Part shown: positions 1 through 9,382 of the stretch, piece after piece
Layout: every line of letters begins with the position of its first letter
Position numbering within the stretch: the stretch's first letter is position 1
Assembly: GCA_964458295.1 (NCBI GenBank)
Contig: CAYWIG010000001.1
Coordinates: 1-27,865 of the forward strand
DNA length: 27,865 nucleotides
Direction of reading: 5' to 3'
Source: an uncultured Myxococcales bacterium
Lineage (GTDB): Bacteria; UBA10199; 2-02-FULL-44-16; JAAZCA01
Translations under genes and position numbers: made by a program
Notes under the pieces: generated by a model
Databases searched by the model: none
The model's input: the letters and a program-made list of their open reading frames with translations, nothing else
What the model was told of the DNA's origin: nothing

Positions 1-955
1 TCGTTTCGAGCTGTGGGCGAGGATGTTCGCTGAGATGATATTCGAGCCTTCGTATCGTGAGTTCTATATCGAACGCGATGTCGTTGCGGATGAGAGGAGA
101 TCGCTTACAGAGAATAATCCAGATCGTGAGATGGGTGAAAAACTTTTGGCCGCGTCATTTAAGAGTGGTCCCTACCATTGGTCTACGATCGGATATATGG
201 AAGACATTCATAACCTCACTATCGACGATGCCAGGAAATTTCACGAAAAGTATTATGTCGCATCGAATATGGTTGGCGTCGTGGTTGGTGATTTGGAAGT
301 TGGTGAGGTGGAGAAGATCGCCAAAAAGGTCTTCGGCAAATACCCGAAAAAGCCGGTACCACCTTCACCTACCTCCGGAGGTGTACACAATAGAGGAATC
401 GTCGAGAAGTTTTATTTTGATGCCGAGCCATCATTGACGATTTCATATCATAAACCAACCCTTCCAAATCCGGATGAATACGTCTTCGATGTAATTACAT
501 CACTTCTCTGTCAGGGGAGATCCAGCAGGATAGAGAGGGATCTCATATTCAAGAAGCGCATATTGAAGGATATCTATTGTACCGATAGTTTTCCAGGTTC
601 CAGGTTGGACAACCTCATGCTCTTTTGGATCGAACCGATGAAGGGACAGCCTCTGAATAAGGCGCTGGATGCTGTAGGCGAGGAGATCATTAAGCTGGCG
701 GAAAAGCCCGTCTCGAAAAGTGAGTTGGAACGAGTTCAAAAACAGGTGACGGCGGGTATCCTGTTTTCATTGGACGATAGCATGTCACTCGCCTTGGCGC
801 TCGCTCGTTTTCAGACGACCTTCGGCGATTGGAAACTCCTTGCCACCTATCCTGAGAAGATTGCGGAAGTGAAGCAGAGCGATGTGATGAGGGTTGCGAA
901 AGAATATATGAAGGCCAGCGATAGGGTAGTTGTCGAAAGGCTTAAGGGTAAATGA
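1..955 (+). CDS. M16 family (pitrilysin/PqqL-like) zinc peptidase, 5' partial
   Basis: Frame is open to the window edge (RFELWAR precedes the track's Met). M16-like segments ERDVVADERR, HPY-like GPYHWSTIGYMEDI, FHEKYYVASNMVGVVVGD and GRSSR. The HxxEH motif lies outside the window. Confidence 0.85.
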   Translation, partial: RFELWARMFAEMIFEPSYREFYIERDVVADERRSLTENNPDREMGEKLLAASFKSGPYHWSTIGYMEDIHNLTIDDARKFHEKYYVASNMVGVVVGDLEVGEVEKIAKKVFGKYPKKPVPPSPTSGGVHNRGIVEKFYFDAEPSLTISYHKPTLPNPDEYVFDVITSLLCQGRSSRIERDLIFKKRILKDIYCTDSFPGSRLDNLMLFWIEPMKGQPLNKALDAVGEEIIKLAEKPVSKSELERVQKQVTAGILFSLDDSMSLALALARFQTTFGDWKLLATYPEKIAEVKQSDVMRVAKEYMKASDRVVVERLKGK

Positions 956-2313
956 TGAAGCGTATATTTATAATATCGATCGCATTTCTTGCGTTACTTT
1001 TCGTGTCGTCTGCATATGCAGAACCGAATTTTGTAAAGAAGTTCAATGACCTTGATTTTCCAAAACTCAAAAATCCTGATGTGACAGTTGAAAAGTTGCC
1101 AAATGGAATGATCTGCTTCCTGATGGAGGATCATACTCTTCCAGTCGTCAAGATGAAGATATTCAATAAGGTCGGAAGCGTTTATGAGCCTAAGGATAAA
1201 TTGGGCCTTGCACAGTTGACTGGTATGTTGATGAGAAGCGGCGGTGCCGCCAAGAGGGGACCTGAGGAGTTTGATAAGGCCGTCGATGATATCGGTGCGA
1301 TGTTGGGTTCCGCGATAGGTCGTGAGAAGGGCGCTTGGACGTTGGCGGTCTTATCGGAGGATCTTGAGAAGGGGATGGAACTGTTCACCGACATGATCTT
1401 CAGGCCGAGCTTTGATGAGAGAAGGCTCGAGGCGGAACAGAGGAAGCTGGCTGAGTCCTTGAGAAGGGAGTTCGACGATCCAAATTCAAAAGCGAGCATA
1501 CTTTATACACAACTGGTTTACGGGAAGGAGAGCCCGTGGGCAAGGCGGCCAGATCCTGATAAATTATCATCAATAACGAAGGATGATATAGACAAATTCC
1601 ATAAGCGTTATTTTAAAACAAACAATATGCTGCTCACGGCCGCCGGTAATTTTAAGATCAAGAAATTGTTAAAGCTATTACGAAAGCATATGAAGGGTGC
1701 GGCCTATGGCGAGGTGGAGTTTCCTGAACTCCCTACGACTGAGCTTCAATTCAGGGCGGAGACTGAGAAGGTGGTTGGTCCCAAGAGTCAAACATATGTC
1801 AGAATGGGACACTACGGGGTGAGGAGACACAATCCCGATTGGTTTTCCATATATGTGCTGAGCAGGGTCTTCGGTGCGGGGAATTTTAAAAGCCGTCTGA
1901 TGGAGGATATTCGAACGAAGAGGGGGCTGGCGTACAGCGTCTGGGGCAGGATTACACAGGGAACCGACTACGGACTATTTGCAGTAGGTATGAGTACGAG
2001 TGCTGTGAAATCTGAAAAGGCGATTGAACTTGTGAAGGATCATATCGTCAGGTTGGCCGAAGGTAAGGATGTTACGGCGGAAGAGGTGGATTTTGCGAAG
2101 AGGGGAATTTTATCCTCCGCTATATTTGAGTTGGACAGTCCATTCAAGATAGTCAATGATAGGGCGAAGTTTCATTTCTACGGATATCCACCGAACTACT
2201 GGTTGGTCGCATACGATGGTGTGGCTGCTGTAACAAAGGATAGTGTAAACGAGGCGGCTGAGAAATATATGCATCCCGATGGGCTTAAGATTTTGCTGCT
2301 GGGTCCTAAGTGA
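952..2313 (+). CDS. M16 family peptidase, second subunit, with N-terminal signal peptide
   Basis: Signal-like N-terminus ending SAYA. Motifs EKLPNGM, KLGLAQLTGMLMRSG (degenerate HxxEH), FKSRLMEDIRTKRGLAYSV. Overlaps the upstream gene, as is typical of M16 pairs. Confidence 0.85.
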   Translation: MMKRIFIISIAFLALLFVSSAYAEPNFVKKFNDLDFPKLKNPDVTVEKLPNGMICFLMEDHTLPVVKMKIFNKVGSVYEPKDKLGLAQLTGMLMRSGGAAKRGPEEFDKAVDDIGAMLGSAIGREKGAWTLAVLSEDLEKGMELFTDMIFRPSFDERRLEAEQRKLAESLRREFDDPNSKASILYTQLVYGKESPWARRPDPDKLSSITKDDIDKFHKRYFKTNNMLLTAAGNFKIKKLLKLLRKHMKGAAYGEVEFPELPTTELQFRAETEKVVGPKSQTYVRMGHYGVRRHNPDWFSIYVLSRVFGAGNFKSRLMEDIRTKRGLAYSVWGRITQGTDYGLFAVGMSTSAVKSEKAIELVKDHIVRLAEGKDVTAEEVDFAKRGILSSAIFELDSPFKIVNDRAKFHFYGYPPNYWLVAYDGVAAVTKDSVNEAAEKYMHPDGLKILLLGPK

Positions 2314-2324
2314 GAGGTGTTTAG

Positions 2325-4034
2325 ATGATAGAGAAGAGAATACAACAGTTGATAAAGGAAGCTATCGAAGCCGCTGCCTCCGATGGAGTTTTGGAGATAG
2401 TTGATGTTCCCGAAATCGAGGTCAGCATTCCTCGTATTGAGGCTCATGGGGATCTCTCTACGAATGTAGCACTTGTGATTGCTAGCGCTTCGAAATGTAA
2501 ACCACGGGATGTGGCGGAGATTATAGTTGAAAGAATTTCAATCGGCGAAAATGAAATCGAGAAGGTCTCGATCGCAGGTCCTGGTTTTATAAATTTCATG
2601 GTCAAACAGAATTCGTATTTGGAGATTCTCCACGAGATATTCAAGAAGGGTGAGGATTTTGGAAAGACCGATTTCGGGGAGGGAAAGAAACTCCAGGTTG
2701 AGTTCGTCAGTGCCAACCCGACGGGACCACTTCACATAGGACATGGCAGGGGGGCTGTTTATGGCGATGTCCTTGCCTCCGTCCTAGAGGCGGCGGGATA
2801 TGATGTAACGAGGGAATACTATGTAAATGATGCTGGCGGACAGATGTTGACGCTCGGACGTTCAGTTTACATGCGATATCAGGAGTTGCTGGATCAGAAG
2901 ATCGAATATCCCGAGGAGTGCTATCAAGGACATTACATCGTGGACATTGCGAGGGAGATAGAAAAGTCATTCGGGAAGAAGTTGGCTGGCATGGCGGAGC
3001 CCGAGGCGATTGAATTTTGCAGCGAGTATGCCTCGAAAAAGATCCTCAATCAGATAAAACAGGATTTAGCTGAAACGGGCGTCATTCATGATACATATTT
3101 TCACGAGTTGAACCTGCATACCGATGCGGCGATCGAAGCCTCGATTCGTTTTCTGAAGAAGAAGGGGCATCTCGAGGAGAGGGATGGCGCGCTCTGGTTT
3201 AAATCGACAGAATTAGGGGATGATAAGGATAGGGTCCTTCGTAAGGCCGATGAAGCTCTAACTTATTTTGCAGCCGATATCGCGTATCATAAGAATAAGT
3301 TCGATCGAGGCTTTTCCAGGGTGATCGATATCTGGGGAGCGGATCACGGGGGATATGTTGCACGGATGAAGGCAGCTATCGAAGCTATGGGATATGATCC
3401 GAAGGGCTTTGATGTAGTCTTGATACAACTCGTAAATCTCATGAGGGGCGGACAGGCCGTCTCGATGTCGACGCGAGCCGCAACCTACGAGACGCTTGAA
3501 GATGTCAGGAACGAGGTGGGCAAGGACGCCTGCCGATATTTTTTCCTTATGAGATCGCATAACGCGCAGCTCGATTTCGATCTGGATCTTGCGAAGAAGG
3601 AGACTCCGGATAATCCCGTCTTCTATATTCAGTATGCACACGCCAGAATTTGCAGCGTGTTCAAAAAAGCAGAGGAGCAGGGCATAAAACTACCTAAATC
3701 CAGTAAGATAGATATCAACCTCTTGAATTTACCTGAAGAACAGAAGATAGCTAGAATGCTCTCTACACTTCCGGAGATAATTAATGAATGTGCAAAGACT
3801 TTAGAGCCTCATAAGCTCTCATTCTACCTACTCGAGCTTTCGCGGATGTTTCAGTCGTATTATAGCCAGGGCAAGCGTGATGAGAGGTATAGGATCTTGG
3901 GGCAAGAGAGGGAGATTGCGGAGGCCAAGCTCTATCTCTTGAAAAATATACAGATTGTGTTACAAAACTCCTTGAGAATTTTAGGGATTTCGGCACCCAC
4001 GAAGATGGAGAAGGAGGAAGAGCCGAATGACTGA
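2325..4034 (+). CDS. argS: Arginine--tRNA ligase
   Basis: VEFVSANPTGPLHIGHGRG (HIGH), EYYVNDAGGQ, WGADHGGY, MSTR, NPVFYIQYAHARICS. Confidence 0.98.
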   Translation: MIEKRIQQLIKEAIEAAASDGVLEIVDVPEIEVSIPRIEAHGDLSTNVALVIASASKCKPRDVAEIIVERISIGENEIEKVSIAGPGFINFMVKQNSYLEILHEIFKKGEDFGKTDFGEGKKLQVEFVSANPTGPLHIGHGRGAVYGDVLASVLEAAGYDVTREYYVNDAGGQMLTLGRSVYMRYQELLDQKIEYPEECYQGHYIVDIAREIEKSFGKKLAGMAEPEAIEFCSEYASKKILNQIKQDLAETGVIHDTYFHELNLHTDAAIEASIRFLKKKGHLEERDGALWFKSTELGDDKDRVLRKADEALTYFAADIAYHKNKFDRGFSRVIDIWGADHGGYVARMKAAIEAMGYDPKGFDVVLIQLVNLMRGGQAVSMSTRAATYETLEDVRNEVGKDACRYFFLMRSHNAQLDFDLDLAKKETPDNPVFYIQYAHARICSVFKKAEEQGIKLPKSSKIDINLLNLPEEQKIARMLSTLPEIINECAKTLEPHKLSFYLLELSRMFQSYYSQGKRDERYRILGQEREIAEAKLYLLKNIQIVLQNSLRILGISAPTKMEKEEEPND

Positions 4035-4788
4035 ATATATGCGCAGCCGCCGAAGGGATGAGGGTGGAGATGGCTTCTTTTGCCGCTTCACCTTTGGCCA
4101 GTTCTTCGCCTTGTTGGTGCTGGAGGTCTTTACCCTCTTTTTCGTCTTCTATCTGGGGGCGCGTTATGGCCAAGAGTTTCTAGGTCTCGACAGATCCCGT
4201 GAGATGGCCGTTGCAGAGGAGTTAATCGAGGAGGCTGGAGGTGAGGGTAAGGTATTGAATACTTCGGATCCTGAGGCGAGGGAGATTGCGAAGAGGTTAA
4301 TCGCTGAAGCGAAGACACCGGAGCTCAAGGACAGAATAAGAAAGATGATCGACAATGCGCAGAAGAAGGATGAGGTTCATCGTCCGGAGGTCGTCGAGAA
4401 GAAGACGGTTGTGGAGGAGGAAATAAAGGAGACCCGCCCGGTGGAAAGACGGGTTGAGAGAAGTGACGCGGATAAGAAATCTCTCTCCTCCGACGAACTA
4501 GCATCGACGACCGACTCGAGCGTTATCAGGGTGAAGTCATCCGATAATGCGAGATATTCGGTTCAGGTCGGTTCATATCCAAATATGAAGGAGGCAACCC
4601 GGGTCATCGAAAAATGGAAGGGCAAGGGCTATCCTGCCTACATGATGATCGCGGATATACCGGATAGAGGAAGATGGTACAGGGTGCGCCTCGGTGGATT
4701 TGAGACCAGGAATGATGCCTCCAGGTACATGAAGGAACTCAAGTCGAGGGAGAGTGTTGAAGCCCTCGTTGTGTTGAACGAGCAGTAA
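4027..4788 (+). CDS. SPOR-domain membrane protein (FtsN/DedD-like)
   Basis: N-terminal transmembrane helix, charged linker, C-terminal SPOR motifs YSVQVGSY and WYRVRLGGF; directly follows argS. Confidence 0.85.
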   Translation: MTEYMRSRRRDEGGDGFFCRFTFGQFFALLVLEVFTLFFVFYLGARYGQEFLGLDRSREMAVAEELIEEAGGEGKVLNTSDPEAREIAKRLIAEAKTPELKDRIRKMIDNAQKKDEVHRPEVVEKKTVVEEEIKETRPVERRVERSDADKKSLSSDELASTTDSSVIRVKSSDNARYSVQVGSYPNMKEATRVIEKWKGKGYPAYMMIADIPDRGRWYRVRLGGFETRNDASRYMKELKSRESVEALVVLNEQ

Positions 4789-4807
4789 TTTTTCCTTATT
4801 AAAATTG

Positions 4808-4879
4808 AGGCAGGAAGCAAGAAACAGGAAGCAGGAAAACCCACTTCGTGCTTCATGTTTCATGTCTCCTGCTTCTTGT
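4808..4879. repeat. Heptamer-periodic imperfect palindrome (AAGCAGG-like units and their complement)
   Basis: aggcagg aagcaag aaacagg aagcagg, spacer, then cgtgctt catgttt catgtct cctgctt. Confidence 0.7.
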
Positions 4880-4884
4880 TTATT

Positions 4885-6681
4885 ATGACTCAATCACACA
4901 TCAGAAATTTTTGCATAATAGCACATATCGATCATGGCAAATCTACGATTGCAGATCGCATACTCGAATGCACCGGTGCAATTACCGAACGTGAACATAA
5001 AGATCAGTACCTCGACAAGATGGATTTGGAGAGGGAACGAGGTATTACTATCAAGGCACAGACAGTTCGCATTCCGTACAAGGCCAAGGATGGTAAATCC
5101 TACGAATTGAATCTGATAGATACCCCGGGGCATGTCGACTTTCACTATGAGGTCAGCAGGTCGCTCACGGCATGTGAGGGGGCGCTGCTCGTGATAGACG
5201 CTACACAGGGAGTCCAAGCGCAGACGATGGCGAATGCGCTGCTCGCTATGCACAACGATTTGGATATGGTCCCCATCATCAACAAGATAGATTTAGCAAG
5301 TGCAGACGTTGAAGGTACCAAAGAACAATGTGAGGAGATGCTCGCTGTTCCAACGGATGCTTCGGTGGCGGTTTCTGCAAAAACTGGCGAGGGGATAGCG
5401 GATATCCTTGAAGCGATAGTAAATCATCTACCTGCACCGAATGGGGATGAGGACAAGCCTCTCAGAGCCCTTATCTTCGACAGTTGGTTTGATAGTTACC
5501 AAGGTGCTGTAGCACTTGTCAGAATCTTCGATGGTTCCATCAAGGTGGGGCAGAATATCAGGCTTATGAATGTGGAGAAGAACTTCGAGGTTCAGAAGCT
5601 AGCTATTTTCAATCCCCATCCGCTAAACGTCGAAGAGCTCCAAAGCGGTGAGGTCGGCGTCGTGATAGCCGGCATAAAGGAAGTAGCCGATACAAAGGTT
5701 GGCGATACGATCACGGATGCGAAGGAACCCGCCGATAAACCACTTCCTGGATTCCAGGATGTCAAACCGATGGTCTTTGCTGGTTTGTATCCAACCGATC
5801 CCGGACAGTACGATGAACTGCGGGATGCGATGGAGAAGCTAAAGTTAAACGATGCCTCGTTCCATTATGAACCTGAAAGTTCCACTGCACTCGGTTTTGG
5901 TTTTCGCGCCGGTTTTTTGGGCTCGTTACATCTTGAGATCATCCAGGAGCGTCTTGAGCGTGAGTATGATCTTGAGCTCGTGTCGACGGCGCCGACTGTC
6001 GTGTATGAAGTCATAACGACAAAGGGTGAGAAGGTCGTCGTAGACAATCCAGCGAAGCTTCCCGAGCCGCAGTTGATCGAGGAAATTAAGGAGCCGTACG
6101 CGAAGGCATCGATACTCTGTCCGAACGATTCTTTGGGCGGGGTGATGAAGTTATGTCAGGAACGTCGCGGTGAGCAGCAGCACATGGAGTACTTCGGCCA
6201 CGATCGGGTGATGATTGAATATATGCTCCCATTTTCAGAAATGATGTTCGATTTCTTCGATAGGTTGAAGGCGGCTTCGAAGGGCTATGCTTCGCTCGAT
6301 TACGAGATCACGGGCTACCGAGCAGCAAAGCTGGTGAAACTCGCTGTCCTCATCAACGGCGATCCCGTCGATGCACTTTCGATAATATGTCATAGGGAGA
6401 ATGCACCATATAAGGGTAGGGATCTCGCACTGAAACTTAAAAGACTGATTCCAAGGCAGATGTATGATGTGGCTATCCAAGCGGCAGTGGGAGGTCGGAT
6501 AGTCGCGAGGGAGACTGTCAAAGCCTTGAGGAAGGACGTCACGGCGAAGTGCTATGGCGGCGATGTTACGAGAAAGAGAAAGCTCCTCGAACGTCAGAAG
6601 GAGGGTAAACGGCGCATGAAGAAAGTTGGAAGCGTCGATATCCCACAGGAGGCTTTTTTGAGTGTGTTGAAAGTGAAGTAG
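4885..6681 (+). CDS. lepA: Elongation factor 4 (LepA)
   Basis: [60 protein letters not shown]. Start set at MTQSHIR (4885) rather than the track's 4855. Confidence 0.98.
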   Translation: MTQSHIRNFCIIAHIDHGKSTIADRILECTGAITEREHKDQYLDKMDLERERGITIKAQTVRIPYKAKDGKSYELNLIDTPGHVDFHYEVSRSLTACEGALLVIDATQGVQAQTMANALLAMHNDLDMVPIINKIDLASADVEGTKEQCEEMLAVPTDASVAVSAKTGEGIADILEAIVNHLPAPNGDEDKPLRALIFDSWFDSYQGAVALVRIFDGSIKVGQNIRLMNVEKNFEVQKLAIFNPHPLNVEELQSGEVGVVIAGIKEVADTKVGDTITDAKEPADKPLPGFQDVKPMVFAGLYPTDPGQYDELRDAMEKLKLNDASFHYEPESSTALGFGFRAGFLGSLHLEIIQERLEREYDLELVSTAPTVVYEVITTKGEKVVVDNPAKLPEPQLIEEIKEPYAKASILCPNDSLGGVMKLCQERRGEQQHMEYFGHDRVMIEYMLPFSEMMFDFFDRLKAASKGYASLDYEITGYRAAKLVKLAVLINGDPVDALSIICHRENAPYKGRDLALKLKRLIPRQMYDVAIQAAVGGRIVARETVKALRKDVTAKCYGGDVTRKRKLLERQKEGKRRMKKVGSVDIPQEAFLSVLKVK

Positions 6682-6765
6682 ATACTGATCCCAGATCCCG
6701 GATACTAGATGCCAGATAAAACCTGCTTTATCCGGCATCCGGTATCTGGAATCCGGCATCAGGAT
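6682..6765. repeat. Heptamer-periodic imperfect palindrome (ATNCCRG / CYGGNAT)
   Basis: atcccag atcccgg atactag atgccag ataaa-acctgc-tttat ccggcat ccggtat ctggaat ccggcat. Confidence 0.75.
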
Positions 6766-6838
6766 ATGAAGTAAAATTTATTAAAGTAATCCTTTTATAG
6801 TAAATTATAGGTGTAAAAACTCATTGCTGGAGGGGAAG

Positions 6839-7585
6839 ATGGCCGACGAAACTAATTTAAAACCTCAAAAAAAGAAGAGTACATTTCGAGAATATGTTGA
6901 GGCGCTGGGTGTAGCCATTATAGTCGCCCTTATAATTCGAATGTTCGTATTTGAGGCTTTCAAGATTCCGTCAGGATCGATGATTCCAACGCTGTCGATC
7001 GGGGATCATATTTTCGTCAACAAGTTCATCTACGGGCTGAGGCTTCCCTTTACGAAGAACAGGTTCTTTCGATTTACCGATCCTGAGAGGGGTGATGTCG
7101 TCGTCTTCATATACCCTGAGGATGAGAGCAAGGATTTCATCAAGAGGGTGGTAGGCCTTCCTGGCGACAAGATTCATATAGATAACGACAACATCTGGAT
7201 AAACGAGGAGATGATCAGGAAGCATCCCCTTACGATCAAGGAGTATCCGGGCGATAAGAGAAGGTTGATCGCCAAGAATTCGAGCGAGGAGGCGATTCCG
7301 TTCGTCCGTGGGTGGCGTGATTTTGACTTTTATAGTGAGCTTGTAGGGAGTTCAGAGCATATAGTGCAGTACGAGAACTATATGGAGAGGCCTTCCTATG
7401 ATATCGTAGTTCCAGAGGGCTATTACTTCGTGATGGGGGATAATCGAGACAACTCAGCCGATAGTAGGGAGTGGGGATTTGTTCCGGATGGAGCTGTGAA
7501 GGGCAAGGCGATGTTCGTCTGGCTCTCGATCGACAAGGACCACGGCGGTATCCGCTGGAATGAGTTTGGAAGGTGGATTGATTAG
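6839..7585 (+). CDS. lepB: Signal peptidase I
   Basis: FKIPSGSMIPTL (catalytic Ser), FIKRVVGLPGD (Lys), GDNRDNSADSREWG; GGAGG upstream of ATG 6839; follows lepA. Confidence 0.97.
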   Translation: MADETNLKPQKKKSTFREYVEALGVAIIVALIIRMFVFEAFKIPSGSMIPTLSIGDHIFVNKFIYGLRLPFTKNRFFRFTDPERGDVVVFIYPEDESKDFIKRVVGLPGDKIHIDNDNIWINEEMIRKHPLTIKEYPGDKRRLIAKNSSEEAIPFVRGWRDFDFYSELVGSSEHIVQYENYMERPSYDIVVPEGYYFVMGDNRDNSADSREWGFVPDGAVKGKAMFVWLSIDKDHGGIRWNEFGRWID

Positions 7586-7623
7586 CCCAAGCAAGCGGTT
7601 TTGTTTGGGGATGACTTTCCTCC

Positions 7624-7652
7624 TTGACATTTGCGTGGTCACCCACTATAAG
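7624..7652 (+). promoter_or_regulatory. Sigma70-type promoter of the pyr operon
   Basis: TTGACA (7624-7629), 17 bp spacer, TATAAG (7647-7652). Confidence 0.7.
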
Positions 7653-7706
7653 CCCACGAAATTCAAGGGAAAATGATATGGACAGGGTTAAATAAAGCTA
7701 TGAAAC

Positions 7707-7742
7707 AAGCCTTCTTGCCACCGGCAGGAGGGCTTTTTTTTT
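7707..7742 (+). terminator. Intrinsic terminator / attenuator in the pyrR leader
   Basis: gccttcttgcc-acc-ggcaggagggc stem (11 bp including G-U pairs) followed by 9 T, between the promoter and the pyrR RBS. Confidence 0.8.
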
Positions 7743-7757
7743 GAGGAGATTAAAGCC

Positions 7758-8288
7758 ATGGAAATGAAAGTTAAGGATTTGATGAGTGAGGAGCAGATGG
7801 ATCGGGCTATCCTGGATGTCGCCAAGGAGATAGTCACCGATGGCACGAACAATGTGGCGCTGGTCGGCATCAAGACGAGGGGGGTTCCGCTCGCAAAGTG
7901 GCTCGCCAAGAAGATCGAGGCGGTGCAGCACAAGCCGATAGACATGGGATCGATCGACATCTCCCTGTATAGGGATGATCTATCGGAGATCGAGGATCAG
8001 GCGATCGTTAAGAAGTCGGAACTGCCTTTTTCGGTGACCGGGCGTGGAATCATCCTGGTAGACGATGTTCTCTATACAGGCAGGACGATCAGGGCTGCGA
8101 TGGATGCGATCATAGACCATGGCAGGCCTAAATTCATCAAGCTCATGGTGATGATCGACAGGGGATGGCGCGAGCTTCCGATCCAGGCTGACTATGTGGG
8201 CAAAAATCTCAAGACCAAGGCGAACGAGAACGTCAAGGTACGCTTCAACGAGACCGATGAGATTAATCAAATCGTGGTGAAGGGATAG
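7758..8288 (+). CDS. pyrR: PyrR, pyrimidine regulator / uracil phosphoribosyltransferase
   Basis: VGIKTRG, DISLYRDD, ILVDDVLYTGRTIRAA, DRGWRELPIQADYVG. Confidence 0.96.
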   Translation: MEMKVKDLMSEEQMDRAILDVAKEIVTDGTNNVALVGIKTRGVPLAKWLAKKIEAVQHKPIDMGSIDISLYRDDLSEIEDQAIVKKSELPFSVTGRGIILVDDVLYTGRTIRAAMDAIIDHGRPKFIKLMVMIDRGWRELPIQADYVGKNLKTKANENVKVRFNETDEINQIVVKG

Positions 8289-8291
8289 GAT

Positions 8292-9287
8292 ATGTCAAAA
8301 GAGATCTTTCATGTGCTCAGGTCAGACCAGTTCGACAGGAATTTTTTGGATGAGCTGTATGATATAACGAATAAGCTTAGAAAAATATCCCGCACGAAGC
8401 GGGGGAGCAATTATCTTCAGACACTTATCTCGGACAAGAGGGCGATGCTCTACTTTACGCAGCCCTCCACAAGAACCTTCCTTTCATTCCTAAATGCGTG
8501 TCAGATTCTGGGTATTCAGACTTCAGAGATCAGGGATCCGAATACGTCGTCGGAGATGAAGGGTGAGACCGCCGACGATGCGATTCGAACGTTCAGCAGC
8601 TATGTCGATCTGATCATCATGAGATCGCCGCAAGCGGGTTTGGCGGACAAGATTGCAAAGCTCCTCGATGAAACACCTAGGAGGGTTCCGATTATAAACG
8701 GCGGTTCAGGAAAGGATGAGCATCCGACGCAGGCGCTTCTTGATATCTATACTTTGAAAAGATCGTTCGGTAAGACGGGCGGCGACATCGACGGCAAGAA
8801 GATTGCGATGGTAGGTGATGTAAAGCGAGGAAGGACGGTGCGGTCGCTGAGTAGACTGATGAAACATTTCAAGGACACGGAGATTGTCTTCGTCTCTCCA
8901 GAAACCTTGAGGATCGCCGACGATCTTCGTGAAGATCTAAAGAAGAACAACGTTAAGTTCGAGGAGACCACGGACTTCGAGAAGGTTATCCCCGAGGTTG
9001 ATGCGATATATATGACGAGAATCCAAGACGAGTACGATGAGAAGGGGGAGTCTGACGAACTGGATTACACAAAGTATCATTTCAACTACGATCATCTGAA
9101 AATTCTGAAGAAGGAAGCGATCATAATGCATCCACTGCCTAGACGTATGGAGATCGACGTTGAGGTCGATGCCGATCCCAGAGCGAAGTACTGGAGGCAG
9201 GAGCGAAACGGCATGTGGACACGCGTCGCATTGATCGCCAAGGTCTTCGGTTTGGATAAGGATATTACTGAGCCGTATGGAATTTAG
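8292..9287 (+). CDS. pyrB: Aspartate carbamoyltransferase catalytic subunit
   Basis: PSTRT, EHPTQALLD, GRTVRSL, YMTRIQ, MHPLPR. Confidence 0.95.
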   Translation: MSKEIFHVLRSDQFDRNFLDELYDITNKLRKISRTKRGSNYLQTLISDKRAMLYFTQPSTRTFLSFLNACQILGIQTSEIRDPNTSSEMKGETADDAIRTFSSYVDLIIMRSPQAGLADKIAKLLDETPRRVPIINGGSGKDEHPTQALLDIYTLKRSFGKTGGDIDGKKIAMVGDVKRGRTVRSLSRLMKHFKDTEIVFVSPETLRIADDLREDLKKNNVKFEETTDFEKVIPEVDAIYMTRIQDEYDEKGESDELDYTKYHFNYDHLKILKKEAIIMHPLPRRMEIDVEVDADPRAKYWRQERNGMWTRVALIAKVFGLDKDITEPYGI

Positions 9288-9308
9288 CTAAAGCAGGAAA
9301 AAAATGGG

Positions 9309-9376
9309 ATGCCAGATACCTGATGCCAGAAAAAATAACTATTTCTGCTGGCATCTGGGATCCGGTATCCGGCATC
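9309..9376. repeat. Heptamer-periodic imperfect palindrome (ATGCCAG / CTGGCAT)
   Basis: atgccag atacctg atgccag, 18-bp spacer, ctggcat ctgggat ccggtat ccggcat; same family as 6682-6765. Confidence 0.75.
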
Positions 9377-9382
9377 AACTCT

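Noticed and set aside
7586-7610. Hairpin cccaagcaa...ttgtttggg after lepB as a terminator
   Set aside because: Several G-U pairs and no U-tract; not enough support.
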